This document shows positions 42,301 to 55,497 of a stretch of 64,000 nucleotides of DNA, one piece after another; position 1 is the first letter of the stretch; each line of letters opens with the position of its first letter. The notes below the pieces were generated by a model. The model was not told the DNA's origin. It saw only the letters and a program-made list of their open reading frames with translations, and did no database searches. This DNA comes from Octopus sinensis (taxonomy: Eukaryota): the NCBI RefSeq assembly GCF_006345805.1, contig NC_043005.1:76694001-76758000 (forward strand), read 5' to 3'. The position numbers and the translations under genes were made by a program.

Positions 42301-44995
42301 TGTGACAGGAGATTGGGACTTTTCAGATTCTGCTTTTTCTGAGGGAACAGGGGATTTTGCAGGTTCTGATGTCACAGGAGATTTTGACTTTTCAGATTCT
42401 GCTTTTTCTGAGGGTACTGGGGATTTCGCTGGTTCTGAGGTCATAGGTGATTTTGCCTTTTCAGATTCTGCTTTTTCTGAGGGAACAGGGGATTTCGCAG
42501 GTTCTGATGTCACAGGAGATTTTGACTTTTCAGATTCTGCTTTTTCTGAGGGTACAGGGGATTTCGCAGGTTCTGAGGTCATAGGTGATTTTGACTTTTC
42601 AGATTCTGCTTTTTCTGAGGGAACAGGGGATTTTGCAGGTTCTGATGTGACAGGTGATTTTGACTTTTCAGATTCTGCTTTTTCTGAGGGAACAGGGGAT
42701 TTCGCAGGTTCTGATGTCACAGGAGATTTTGACTTTTCAGATTCTGCTTTTTCTGAGGGCACAGGGGATTTCGCAGGTTCTGATGTGACAGGAGATTTTG
42801 ACTTTTCAGATTCTGCTTTTTCTGAGGGAACAGGGGATTTCGCAGGTTCTGATGTGACAGGAGATTTTGACTTTTCAGATTCTGCTTTTTCTGAGGGCAC
42901 AGGGGATTTCGCAGGTTCTGATGTGACAGGGGATTTTGACTTTTCAGATTCTGCTTTTTCTGAGGGTACTGGGGATTTCGCAGGTTCTGATGTCACAGGA
43001 GATTTTGATTTCTCGGACTCTGCCTTTTCTGAGGGTACTGGAGATTTTGCAGGTTCTGATGTGACAGGGGATTTTGCCTTTTCAGATTCTGCCTTTTCCG
43101 ATAGAACAGGGGATTTTGCAGGTTCTGATGTGACAGGGGATTTTGACTTTTCAGATTCTGCTTTTTCTGAGGGTACTGGGGATTTCGCAGGCTCTGATGT
43201 GACAGGTGATTTTGATTTTTCAGATTCTGCTTTTTCTGAGGGCACGGGGGACTTCGGGGACGTTTCAGGTTCTGATGTCACAGGAGATTTTGACTTTTCA
43301 GATTCCGCTTTTTCCGAGTGGACTGGGGATTTGGGTGACTTTGCAGGTTCTGATGTCACAGGAGATTTGGACTTTTCAGATTCTGCTTTTTCGGAAGGCG
43401 AAGGCGAGTGAGCTTTACTAGATTTCACTGAATCTGCTTTCTCTGATGATACAGGAGATTTTGGCGATACACTACTTTCTGTTGTTTCAGCTGTAGATTT
43501 TTCTGTTTCTACTTTTTCTGACTTTACTGTTGTTACGGTACGGACTGTGGTGACTGATAAGGATTTTTCGTATACTTCATCAGGCGATGGTGAGTGCTCT
43601 GATGGGGTAGAGGGCTTAGTGGTTAGATCTTCATCGTGTACGCTAGGTGATTTAGGTTTTTCAGATAGCACGGGTGACTTTTCGGATTTAGGTGATTCTG
43701 ATTTATGGGGAGATGTAACTGGTTCAGACTTTTCAGATTCAGATTTAACAGAAATAGTTGGGGATTTAGGTGCTTCAGATACTACGGGAGATTTAGCGGT
43801 AGGAGTGCGTGCATCATCTGCAGGGATGGGTGACTTTGCATGTTCAGATAAAATTGGGGAAGTTACCTTTTTAGATTCTGTTTTCGAAGGCGAGAGAGAT
43901 TCAGCAACAGATGCTTCAGATCCTGTAGGTGATTTACTTGACTTCAATGGTTTTTCTTTTTCTGGGGACCCGGCAGATTTTACAGATTTCTCTGATTCAG
44001 CGTTATCGCTGACCTCATCCTCTGCTGGTGAAACACATTTTTCAGATGCTGCTTTCAATGTTTCAGATTTATCAAGACCGTCAGCGACTGACTTTTCGTG
44101 TTCTGATGGTGTTGAAGCCTTTTCAGATTCGGCCCTTTCGGATTCGGCTTTTTCAGATTCAGCTGGAGTTGTTGCTTTTTCAGATTCGGCCCTTTCCGAC
44201 TCAGCTTTTTCAGACTCGGCTTTTTCCGATTCAGCTTTTTCAGACTCGGCTTTTTCCGATTCAGCTTTTTCAGACTCGGCTTTTTCCGATTCAGCTTTCT
44301 CAGACTCGGCTTTCTCCGATTCAGCTTTTTCAGACTTGGCTTTCTCCGATTCAGCTTTCTCAGACTCGGCTTTTTCCGATTCAGCTTTCTCAGACTCGGC
44401 TTTTTCCGATTCAGCTTTTTCAGACTCGGCTTTTTCCGATTCAGCTTTCTCAGACTCGGCTTTTTCCGATTCTGCCTTCTCTGATTCTGCTTGAACAGAT
44501 TCTGTTCTCTCTGATTCTGCTTTTTCTGATTCTTCACTAGTCGTTACGACTGTTTTCACAGATTTTACTGTTCGAACTGTCTCTACAGTGATGATATCCT
44601 CTTCAGCTTCCGAAGCTACGTTTTCGACGTCTTCATCAGGCGATTGAGTTTTCTCAGCTGTCACGTCTCTGTAGTCTGTTTTTAATATGAACTCTTCTTT
44701 CACTTCATCTAGACCTGTTCCGGTATCAGCATCTGAATCAGCTTTAGTTTCTTCGGCCTCAGCTTCTGTGTGTGTGTCGGAATCACTGTCTTTCCCTTCA
44801 TCATCTGCTTCTTCTCCAGTCTGGTGGTAGCTTTCTGTTAGAGAACTATGCTCCATTACGATTTTCTCTGGTGAGATCGCTTTTCTTTGCATTGCTCTTG
44901 CACTATGGCTCGTCGTTCGAACTTCTCTTTTAATCAAGTCTGGTGTGTAGGGTTCTCGGCTTCGGTAAGTCATTGGAGGCTGTACTAACTCGATC
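36341..44995 (-). CDS. NF220: Neurofilament gene, giant NF220/NF-H-type terminal exon of about 2,884 aa, with an apparent 1-bp frameshift at about 41666-41669
   Basis: Acceptor ctccctcctgcag/G completes the Arg codon from the rod exon donor at 53073, giving LLEGEETR-IELVQPPMTYRS. ORFs 41614-44973 and 36341-41617 carry the same repeat in two frames. TAA is at 36341-36343. The acidic segment DDEGKDSDSDTHTEAEAEE and the KSP repeats resemble squid NF220 as I recall it. Confidence 0.88.
38600..43411 (-). repeat. Coding minisatellite: 69-bp (23-aa) unit KSPVTSEPAKSPVPSEKAESEKS
   Basis: About 60 near-perfect units plus several irregular end units (estimated as span/69). Two KSP motifs per unit. Confidence 0.97.
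44176..44490 (-). repeat. Coding 15-bp repeat, (AESEK) x21
   Basis: 315 nt = 21 pentapeptide units, with three more units at about 44119-44163. Confidence 0.95.
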
Positions 44996-46677
44996 CTGCA
45001 GGAGGGAGATAAATAACTTTGTCCACCCAGGAAACTACCCCAAGAAGTAGATACAATAACGTAGGAGTAATTTTAAAAGATGTTTCCTATGTTTCCGTCC
45101 AGTGAATTTTTTCTAAGGAAATTTCCTGTATACCAATATATCCTTATCTCATCATTATACGTGTTATTGAAAACAGATGCCAAAAAAAAGTATTACTAGA
45201 AAAGTATGAAAATGAACCTCCATCTCCATTATTCTCGTGTATCTATACAGATAGTATGCATACAATATATGTGAAATCCGTTCTAATGTGTCGAAATGAA
45301 ACAATGTAATATAAAATATGAGTTGATATTGAAGTAACGAGTATAATGATTGTATATACTAATATATATATATATATTTATTTATATACACCAACCAACA
45401 CATCAGGGGGTCCGAAGCGTATCTATCACTCATACATATGTGTGTGTGTGTGTGTGTGATCAAATAGACCTCAATGGGTCTGATGATGTTCTGCGTCGGC
45501 CAGATTTATATTACGTAGTAAAATCGACGCATAAAGTGCAGTAAACTAGTTGTGTTTGCCACACACAGGCACACACATGTATATATATGTATACATATAT
45601 ACATATAACACTTATATGTATATATATGTATACTTATATATACACATAAACACATATGTATATATATATAGATAGATATAAATATATATATATATATAAT
45701 ATGCATGTATATGCATACATATGCATATATATATACGTGCGTATATGAGTATGCATTTATACACGTATAAACTTTTGTCGCTTTATAATAAAGAAAGCTG
45801 TATTTCAATCAGCCAGCCTATCAGTACAAATGTAGTGAATACATTGTAGATATATGCTGGACCTTCGTTGATAAAATTGCAGGTTCAGCAATCGTCCAAC
45901 GCGCAACGAGACATAAAAGCAGATCTGTCATGTCAACAACGTCGATATTCGTTTTTCGGGCTTTGGTATACCATATGGTATGTATTTTATGCGCATAATT
46001 ACGCATACAAAGCACCGATTGTAACCTGCGTATCTACATTAAAAACGTTCCTTTTATTTGAAAAAGAAACAACCGGACCGATGCCTTTAATAATCTGTTA
46101 TGGACACCATGAAAATGATGGATCAAAATACTGAAAACATAGGGCTAAAGTAGGATACACCTATTATTAATTAAAATTTTATATCAGCAACTGTTTCCCT
46201 AAGTATGTTTTAATGCCCTCCTCAAAGCACACTCACTCACAAACAGCTTCCTCATACAAGCAAGCATATCAATTTGATGTCTTAGTCTTAACGGAAATAT
46301 TTGCACTCATAATTAGATTCACAGTTGGAGATAATTTATGAATGTTTACACATTTCAATTTTATCATAAATTGATCTCTTGAATTTTAGAAAGAAATTTT
46401 ATAATAATCCCCTAGATTTCATATAATGATAACTCTGCCCATCTACTAACATAAAGAAATCCAAGGAAATCTATTCCTTTATATTTCTGCTGATGAAAAT
46501 TAGTTAAATATGAGCAATCATCTATATTAAATTGTGTTTATTTCTGTGAATTCGCATGATATGATGTGATATAAATATAAATACAATTATATACATGAAT
46601 ATATATATATATATATATATATATGCACGTTTGTATATCTATCTAACTTATATCATGCATACATACATGCACATATA

Positions 46678-46746
<69 letters not shown>

Positions 46747-46927
46747 GTGTGTATCCAATTACAATGGGACCGAAAAAGGAATGAGAGAGAGGGGAAGAGA
46801 AAGGTTGGGGAAAATAAGGGGATGAAACTATGCATTTTTAATTATCAATAATCATCATTTGCAATTAATATTTAATATCCTTCGATTTTGCTATCTGAAT
46901 TGATTATATATCTGCTTAATTTGACTT

Positions 46928-46934
46928 ATCCGCA

Positions 46935-46985
<51 letters not shown>

Positions 46986-46987
46986 AC

Positions 46988-47026
<39 letters not shown>

Positions 47027-47030
47027 TAAT
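46928..47030. repeat. (AAT)n microsatellite
   Basis: Directly visible. It is the source of the poly-Ile ORF. Confidence 0.95.
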
Positions 47031-48419
47031 AAGATTAGATACACTGGTTTCGAGAATAATGGAAGGTAAGTTCTTTTGTTATTTGAAGTTAATTAGTATA
47101 TCAGTTTACGAAAACTAGTTTAATTTAAATTTTAAAACGTTATCTGATTTGTTGATTTGTGTATATTAAGTATTTTGAGTTGGATAAAGATATATTGGTT
47201 TCAGTTTGACAAAAGGTTGAGGTGGAATCATCGAAACTGGACCAAACCAATAAACAATCATTGAATATCTCACGGACACCAATGCCAGCTGCCGGCGTCA
47301 CATATTACTATGGTTTCAAAAACAGAGACAATATCGGGATTCTATTGTGTTTGACATAATAACATCAGGAGAGTTATCTAGGGAAATTGCCGTTAAATTT
47401 GCTTTTCATAAAACGTTAGAAGTTTTAAAATAGGGTTCAGTAAAGAAGGAAAACATTAATCTTATGAAACGACGGAAGCAATCACTAAACCAAATCTAAA
47501 GAGTATTTTGTTTTTTTACATATGCACTTTAGAGCTTTCTTGTACAAAATTATCCAGAACTAAGGTTCATCGGTTCTTAAAAAACTTTTCAATTAATCTA
47601 GTTGTTTCAATACCTAAACACAGAATTTTTTGATCGGTGATACCGTACAAAAATGTTAACTTTTTAACATTCATTCTAGCAATAAGCATATTATGAGATA
47701 TCATTGGCTTAATGTTTAATGTATTTCAATTGTAGCTTTCTATAAAATACATACCAATAAAACCATAGAGAGTAACGAGAAAAGTAATCCAGAAACAATA
47801 TTTTCTATTAAATTAACCTATCTTCGTAGGAATTGATTAGCTTTCGCAGTAAATGCTTATTAATAATTTTGTCCACCTGATTACAAATTTGGAAAGTTGG
47901 AACAGTGGACTCAATCTTACTGCTATTTGTTGTATGGATGCCAGAAGAAAAAGGCAGAGTTGTTACTGAATACAACAAAACGTTGTATGTCGTTTTCTCT
48001 TTCTCTCTTTCGTTTTCAACAATCCTTATATTCTTACTATTGCTTTCCTTTTGATGAAGAAAAACTTCCTATTTAGATCTACTGTATTTTCGGCTTTCCT
48101 TTCTCCCTCTTTTATCCAACAGGTGTGGTAAAATTATTAAAATTATCTATGTGAAGGTATAATTAGTCTATAATTTCATCGAACAAAATTTCGCTATCGG
48201 ATAGATTGTTAAAATGACTTAGTTAGCAAACTAATGATATTTCAACATGCAAATACAAAAATACTATTAACGATGACAAAACACTGAAGCGAGCATTTTT
48301 CAAAGCTATATCAATGAGAAGGGTCAAGTTCATACACCTTGGATTGTGACCAACAGGTGGCGTGTTATAAATTCTAGCAATTTATTATCTGTGAATTTTA
48401 ATCCTATTAAATATGATAT

Positions 48420-48439
48420 TTGTATAAATATATATATAA

Positions 48440-48480
<41 letters not shown>

Positions 48481-48577
48481 TGTATGTATATATATATATA
48501 ATATATATGTATGTATATATATATATATATAATATATATGTATGTATATATATATATATATATAATATATATGTATG

Positions 48578-48629
<52 letters not shown>

Positions 48630-48700
48630 GTATGTATATATATATATGTGTGTATATACATATATACATACATATATTATATATATATATTTATATATAT
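48420..48700. repeat. Compound (TA)n/TATG microsatellite
   Basis: Directly visible. Confidence 0.95.
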
Positions 48701-49807
48701 AGTCGAATGTCATTAATTTACATTTCGTTTCACTCTTAAGTCCAATTCATTGTGACAAGATTAGCTCTATATAAATATGGAATAAACTATACTTTGTATC
48801 GTTTAGTTACAGAAAACAACCCACAAATTCTAATTTACCCAGCTCCTAACCCATTATCATCTCTATAGAGTTTGGTATAAACTTGAATAGAATAAGCTAA
48901 TTTTTTATAATCATCATTATGATTATTATTATAAATATATAAATATATATATAAATATATATAAATATATGCAATTGAGGAACACTGAAGCTAGTTGTCA
49001 GTTAAATGTGAATATATGAGACCATCTTCTTATTCTTATACTTTAAAATCCTGGTATGTAGCACACTATGTTTTTTATGGCAAGTTATTAGGTTTACAGA
49101 GAATTTAAAGCTGCTTTTGGTTATGCAGTTTAAATGGTAAGATAATAAATAAGATAACTAAATTAGAGTGGGATGTGAGGGTAATTTTGCATGAAAATAT
49201 AAGACTAAGACTGACATAAAAAATTGTGGTATACTTTTTACAAAAAACAAAAAACAACATAAAATATATGTGTATATCGCCTAATTAATTGTTCATCATA
49301 TTTTGGAGTTGCTTTTAGGAAGGGAACACTAAAGAGAAAAAAAAATACAAACAATGGAAGAAAGGAAAATAAGAAGTCTGAATCAAGGCTTAAAAATTAT
49401 GATTCGTATTTGCTACTCATTGAAAGCCGATAGTAATGATAACACTAATATATATTGTTATTTGTTAATAATATTAACGGATAGCTATTGAACTACTAAT
49501 AATAGCTATTGTCTTAAACATCTTATAAAGTCATGATATTAATAATAATAATGGAGCACCGATCAAAGAACTCAAAGTTTATATATATGTATACATTGCA
49601 TTTTATTATCTAGCTACAGTAAATTGCAGATTAACTATTGTCAACGTCTTACATTATTTTATTAATACTAACTATATTATTACTAACCCTAATTTTAGTT
49701 TACCAGTTATTTAAGTTCAGGCATTCTTGTTGGTCAAGAAAGAGCTAAATAATGCATATTTAATTTTCTATACAATGAAGAAAATAGAAGTATACTGCAG
49801 CGTACAT

Positions 49808-49858
<51 letters not shown>

Positions 49859-52800
49859 ATGACTTTCGAATTTCATTGTATAGATCTAAATGTTGGAAGG
49901 AAGCAAAAATATGTGACTCCGACTTAGCGTTAAATCTTATGTAGTCTTAATTATGAAATAAGCACATGTTCACAGGCACCTCTGACTACATATATATATA
50001 TTTATATATATAAATATATGTATGTATTATATATATGTATTATATATATATATATATATATGAATCACTGCTCTACAGTTGTTATGCTAGGTAAAATTGA
50101 AAATAACTATCCACTTACACTCATCACACTTGCACTCACACTCAATGACAGATGGTATATGTTTGGTAATACATTTGTTAAGGCACATAATCGATGACAA
50201 TTAAAGAAGAACCTTCATTATCATTAAATATCTAATAACAGTTCGACGTTAAAAATAATTAACCAATACCCTATGTTGTCGGTAAAAATGAACATATTTA
50301 TAAATGTATATTTTTCATTGATGTGATTTGAATTATATTTAATGATATCTAGAGTTATATGTATTCTGCCGAGACGATGCATTATGATTTGATTCACTGT
50401 GGATACATGGCCGAAGCTGTTAGAATAATAGCATTTAATGATAGGTAAATATTCTTCTTTGTGCTATTGACTGTGTTTTGTTTCATTTAATTGCACCAAT
50501 CAATATCTAAATATCCGAGATGATGCTATGAAACTTTAGAAATACAAAAGTTTTGGTAACCGGCCAAGGTGAATTAAACATTAATCATTGTAACTCGGGG
50601 AGTTCCTTATGACATAAATCTGTTCAGTTGGTTACTTTCAACACATGAATGATGAATTGCTAAAATCCTGACACATTGATCTTGAAAATGTCCAAACCAT
50701 AATAATCCAGAACACGGCAGAAATGATATTACTGAATAATACTGAAATCTGATTTTTTCTTCATAAGTGTTAATGATGATGATGATAACAATATCGATAA
50801 TGCCGTCAATGTTGATGAGGGCCTTCATGATAATAATCCTCCTATGTATACTGTGAAATATTTTCTTGAATTTTCAGTACCATTTTTTTACTGACAGTAT
50901 TGTAGTTCTTTGTTGCCAAAGTATACATTCATCAGCTCACATCTCGCTCGTAAACATATACTGGAAGTAAAAGCTACTATATACATATAACGAAATCACA
51001 TCCATACTTTATTTTGACTGACTCTGATTTCTGATAGACAAATAAAGCATACTATAAATTTTGAAAGTATCATTAACCTCTTAAGTGATGTCTACATACA
51101 TGCTATTTTACCGAAAGTATTTATTAAAGGAATAAGACTGTATCTAATGGACATTTTGCTGATAAGCCATGGTATCCTTAAATATTTTTAACAATACAAT
51201 ACATTCATTTATCTCGCATAAAATATATATCGAGACACACCGATAGCGTGAAACTTATTCTTGAAGAAATATATTAATATTAAACAGAAAAAAAAAGCCA
51301 ATAACGAAATTTAAACTGCAGTGGTATAATAATACTAAAGAATAAGACACTTTCGTCACATTAACACCACGCAAATTATAAAGTAATTGAAAATACATAG
51401 AAAATATTTTCTGCCATGAATATTCATGCCCAAAAGCTGACTTAATTCCAATGCCATTTTTATTAAACACATTACTAATGGACAATACAGTGAGATGAAT
51501 AGCCACATTTCCAGATTTATGCCATAGAGTTGAACATAAGAATTTGAAGAAAGGAGTTGCAAGATTTTAGGACCGATTTTGTATTTCTTGAAGCTATGAA
51601 CTTAAATAAAGCTTGACGTATGATAGCGGATTCATTATAACAGTAAAATACATTGTCACACTTTTCAACATCTATTTTTCATTGACATATTCTAAAACTA
51701 TCTATAAGTATATTGATTTATGTATATTCCATACAAGTCTGAATACTTAAATGGTAACCAAGAAATAGTTAGTTTTTCTTATTTCTTTTCCTACAGCTTC
51801 AGGAGTACAAATTATCAAAGCCGAAAAAACCGAGATAGAGTATCAAATCGGAAATTTAGTAATACTTTTGAAAATATTCTATTATTGTTTGAAAAATAGG
51901 TATTAATCCGTGCGTCAATGCATTTCAGGAAAAAAAACACTGAATGTAATGAATAATGAAATAACACATAAATAAAAAAATATATATATGATAAATAAAT
52001 GAGTAAGAAATAGCCAACACTAATTAATCGATTGATGCGCTCAGGAATGCCTTGATGAATCTCGACTTGAAATTTCGATTATATCACGAAGGGAGAACCA
52101 GACTCAGTAATGATGATGCGAGTAATGACGCTAGTCGGACATGTATTTTATTTTTTTTTGCTGGTAAAGACAAATGCAAAAGAGCTGTAGAAAATGTACA
52201 AATCTTTTCTCAACTTACGTGATCGGTCGTTACAAGTGTATAAAATGCAACCGATTTGCTTTTCCCAACAATTCATAATTTTCTATACAAATTCACCGTT
52301 TCGAAAGCGTTTATATTAATTCTTTAGGCTGAAATCTCTGCTAAAGGATACATTATTAGCGATAAAACAAGCACATAATAGCCTATTGCAATATTTTTAC
52401 GTATAGGAACGCGCATATGATTCGTATATACATTCGTAAATATTGTAACAAGTTTTGTTACGTACACAAATTATTTCCTAATATATTCCGGTTCAAACCG
52501 GTAAAAGACATCGACGAAAAATATTGTTCGATTAAAATGCTTGTAGGAAATTAAATATGAATGTTTGTACACGAGATTCTTAAAGATAGGAACTAATAAC
52601 GTTTCCACCTTTAAGATCTATGTGGATCTTAAAGGTTTATATCTTGTTACATATTGTATGAAACATTTGTATTTCGATCTCGTACCTTCTTTTTGATCTC
52701 AAGTAATACCTCTAAAATAACAAAGGTATTGATCATCAATGCTTTTCATCATATACAAACTCTAACACAGATTTATCTATACGTTATGCTTTCCTTTTTT

Positions 52801-53072
52801 AATATATTAGTAAATTTTACCAATATTCCAATCGAAAGCAACATATCAATATTAAAACTAATAGTCTCTTTGATTTCCATCAAAGGAAATTAATCTGACA
52901 TTCGATCAACTTCGCAAAAAGATATTTATATAAATTCATAATGCTAATTCTATTATAAAACTAATCATTTGACAAACTTGAACGCATTTCTTACATGACC
53001 CATTCTTCAAAACTCTCCATAAACGAAAAAAAGCAACAATTATATTAATACAGATATTAATGGTTCCCCTAC

Positions 53073-53293
53073 CTGGTCTCTTCTCCTTCCAACAACTTCC
53101 TGTATGCAGCAATTTCTAATTCAAGTGATAGTTTGATATCCATCAAATCTTGCAGTTCTTTCAAAATGCTTTCCATTTCTCCACGTAATTTGGTAATTTC
53201 TTCTTTGTATTGAGAACTTTCCAATTCGTTTTGCCTATCTTTTTCTTCTAATTCTCGCATCAAGTCTTGATTTGTTCTTTCCATTTGAGCATT
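53073..53293 (-). CDS. NF70: Neurofilament gene, coil 2B end exon (NAQMERTNQDLMRELEEKDRQNELESSQYKEEITKLRGEMESILKELQDLMDIKLSLELEIAAYRKLLEGEET-R)
   Basis: Acceptor ttttgcttgcag and donor AG/gtaggg, 221 nt, phase 0-2. It contains the IF signature LELEIAAYRKLLEGEE. Shared by all three isoforms. Confidence 0.97.
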
Positions 53294-53493
53294 CTGCAAG
53301 CAAAATATAAAAAATCGTTTAGATTTAAATTGAGACATGAAAAGTACAAGCAAAAATGAAATATCGAAATTTATAATGGCTGTACAGATGCTTAATTTGT
53401 TGAAAGTATTATTGCCATTGTTAGGGGTGTTGTTACTATTAGAAAATTCGTGCATATAATGGTTGTCTTCTTGTTGTCTTGAGCTACATTTCT

Positions 53494-53908
53494 TATTTCT
53501 TTATTACCCACAAGGGGCTAAACACAGAGGGGACAAAAAAGGACAGACAAGAGATTAAGTCGATTACATCGACCCCAGTGCGTAATTGGTACTTAATTTA
53601 TTGACCCCGAAAGGATGAAAGGCAAAGTCGACCTCGGCGGAATTTGAACTCAGAACGTAGTGGCAGACGAAATACCTATTTCTTTATTACCCACAAGGGG
53701 CTAAACATAGAGGGGACAAACAAGGACATACATAGGTATTAAGTCGATTACATCGACCCCAGTGCGGAACTGGTACTTAATTTATCGACCCCGAAAGAAT
53801 GAAAGGCAAAGTCGACCTCGGCGGAATTTGAACTCAGAACGTAGTGGCAGACGAAATACCGCTAAGCATTTCGCCCTGAGTGCTAATGCTTCTGCCAGCT
53901 CACCGCCT
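53494..53908 (-). mobile_element. Young tRNA-derived SINE with internal tandem duplication and a 17-bp target-site duplication
   Basis: Head GGCGGTGAGCTGGCAGAAGC...GAGTTCAAATTCC (B box) and core GCCTTTCATYCTTTCGGGGTC.ATAAATTAAGTACCA. The 3' about 183 bp occurs twice. TCTTGAGCTACATTTCT flanks it at 53477-53493 and 53909-53925. Confidence 0.92.
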
Positions 53909-54657
53909 TCTTGAGCTACATTTCTGTTAACAAAATTTATTTACTTGTGTTTTAAGTGCTGTTACTTCTCGTCTATTTAACATCGAATTTTAAGATATTA
54001 ATCCTGCCATTATACGAGGAGCATATTCGTAAGTCCAAAAATTCAACGATTTCACTAAAGCAGAAATATATAATTCCATGTTTTTGTATTCATACGCAGG
54101 TTCATAAAACTACCCTTAAACATACTGCGTGTATCATTACGCTCAATATAATTTATACAAGATATGAGAACATACTTTAAGATAAGCAAAACGAACGTTT
54201 AGATACTGGCGTGTCTGTTACTATTTCATTCAATAGTAACAGAAATATATATTTATTTACTATTTTATACAGTCTGCGTCTGTATCATTTTTCTAACTCA
54301 TGCAACTCAATGTCTTGGAAGTATCGTTACTATTTACGTATTTTCCCCTGAATTGAATTAGTGAGGTGAACAATTATTTAGCTCTGGGGACAAGTAACTC
54401 CAAATAATATTCTCAAATTTATAACCATATTCTAAAAGGATGTAAATGTTATTGAATTGTAATAATATAATATTGATAAGTAGAAATAGCACCAATATGA
54501 AAATGTTCCACCATATTAGACATATTTTTCAAATTTTCTAAAAGTTTGACATGTTTTACATTATATTTACTGAATCTATTCAAAAACTTTAAGGACTACT
54601 CTGCTGGAGTAATATTGACTTCTTTTTCCGGCGGTGAACCATTGATTATGGCAACCC

Positions 54658-54691
54658 TGGTAAGCAAGCTACTTACCACACAGCCACTCCT
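54658..54691 (-). mobile_element. Isolated SINE head fragment
   Basis: Its reverse complement matches 55155-55188 at 33 of 34 bases. Confidence 0.7.
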
Positions 54692-55154
54692 GAGCCTATA
54701 TGCATACTTTACTGCTAAGACGAGTGTAGTATGTAGTATTACGAGTCTATCCAGAAATACAATGCTCGAACAGGTGTTTTGGACTCAAGCAGTGAAAGTT
54801 TAATATTTTATCTGTTTAGAATTCATACGAATAGTAATGTTGATATTAAATTTTATTTAAATATAATATCAACTGATCCGAGAGTTTGTTGATTTGTAAC
54901 AATTCCCTTTAAATAGGTTGCTGTGACAGTGTGTACCTACAATGGGTTAACGCGAAAGATATCTTCTTTCTTCAAGCTACACTCACAAAAAGATGTGTTC
55001 AACAATTATGAAACGCTATATTTTTATAGGCGGATCTCTATTGGCTGCCTTAAATTGTACACTCCTATTAATAGTTCATTTTCTTTGTTAGCCTTGTTTC
55101 TGTGATCAAAGATATTTTCTAGGAAAAGTCCACTTTTTTTCAAGTTCTAGGCGT

Positions 55155-55497
55155 AGGAGTGGCTGGGTGGTAAGTAGCTTGCTTACCAACCTTGGGCAAG
55201 TGTTTTCTACTATAGCCTTGTGAGTGGATTTGGTAGACGGAAATTGAAAGAAGCCCGTCGTATATATGTATATATATATGTATGTGTGTGTGTATGTTTG
55301 TGTGTCTGTGTTTGTCCCCCCAACATCACTTGACAACCGATTCTGGTGTGTTTACGTACCCGTAACTTAGCGGTTCGGCAAAATAGACCGATAGAATAAG
55401 TACTAGGCTTACAAAGAATAGTCCTAGGGTCGATTTGCTCGACTAAAGGCGGTGCTCCAGCATGGCCGCAGTCATATGACTGAAACAAATAAAAGAG
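55155..55497 (+). mobile_element. tRNA-derived SINE with internal (TA)/(TG) microsatellite; B-box region deleted
   Basis: The head AGGAGTGGCTGGGTGGTAAGTAGCTTGCTTACCAAC joins directly to CTTGGGCAAGTG; the copy at 10355-10510 retains the intervening segment. The 3' end is CCAGCATGGCCGCAGTC...GAAACAAATAAAAGA. Confidence 0.85.

Noticed and set aside
38600-43411. Regularly spaced repeats that might suggest a CRISPR array
   Set aside because: The units are contiguous 69-bp tandem repeats with no unique spacers, in frame within a eukaryotic exon, and there are no cas genes.
38727-44494. Long plus-strand ORFs (985, 576 and 315 aa; GDFAGSDVTGDFDFSDSAFSE repeats)
   Set aside because: They are antisense shadows of the KSP and AESEK coding repeats, break at the same indel, and have no independent splice or homology support.
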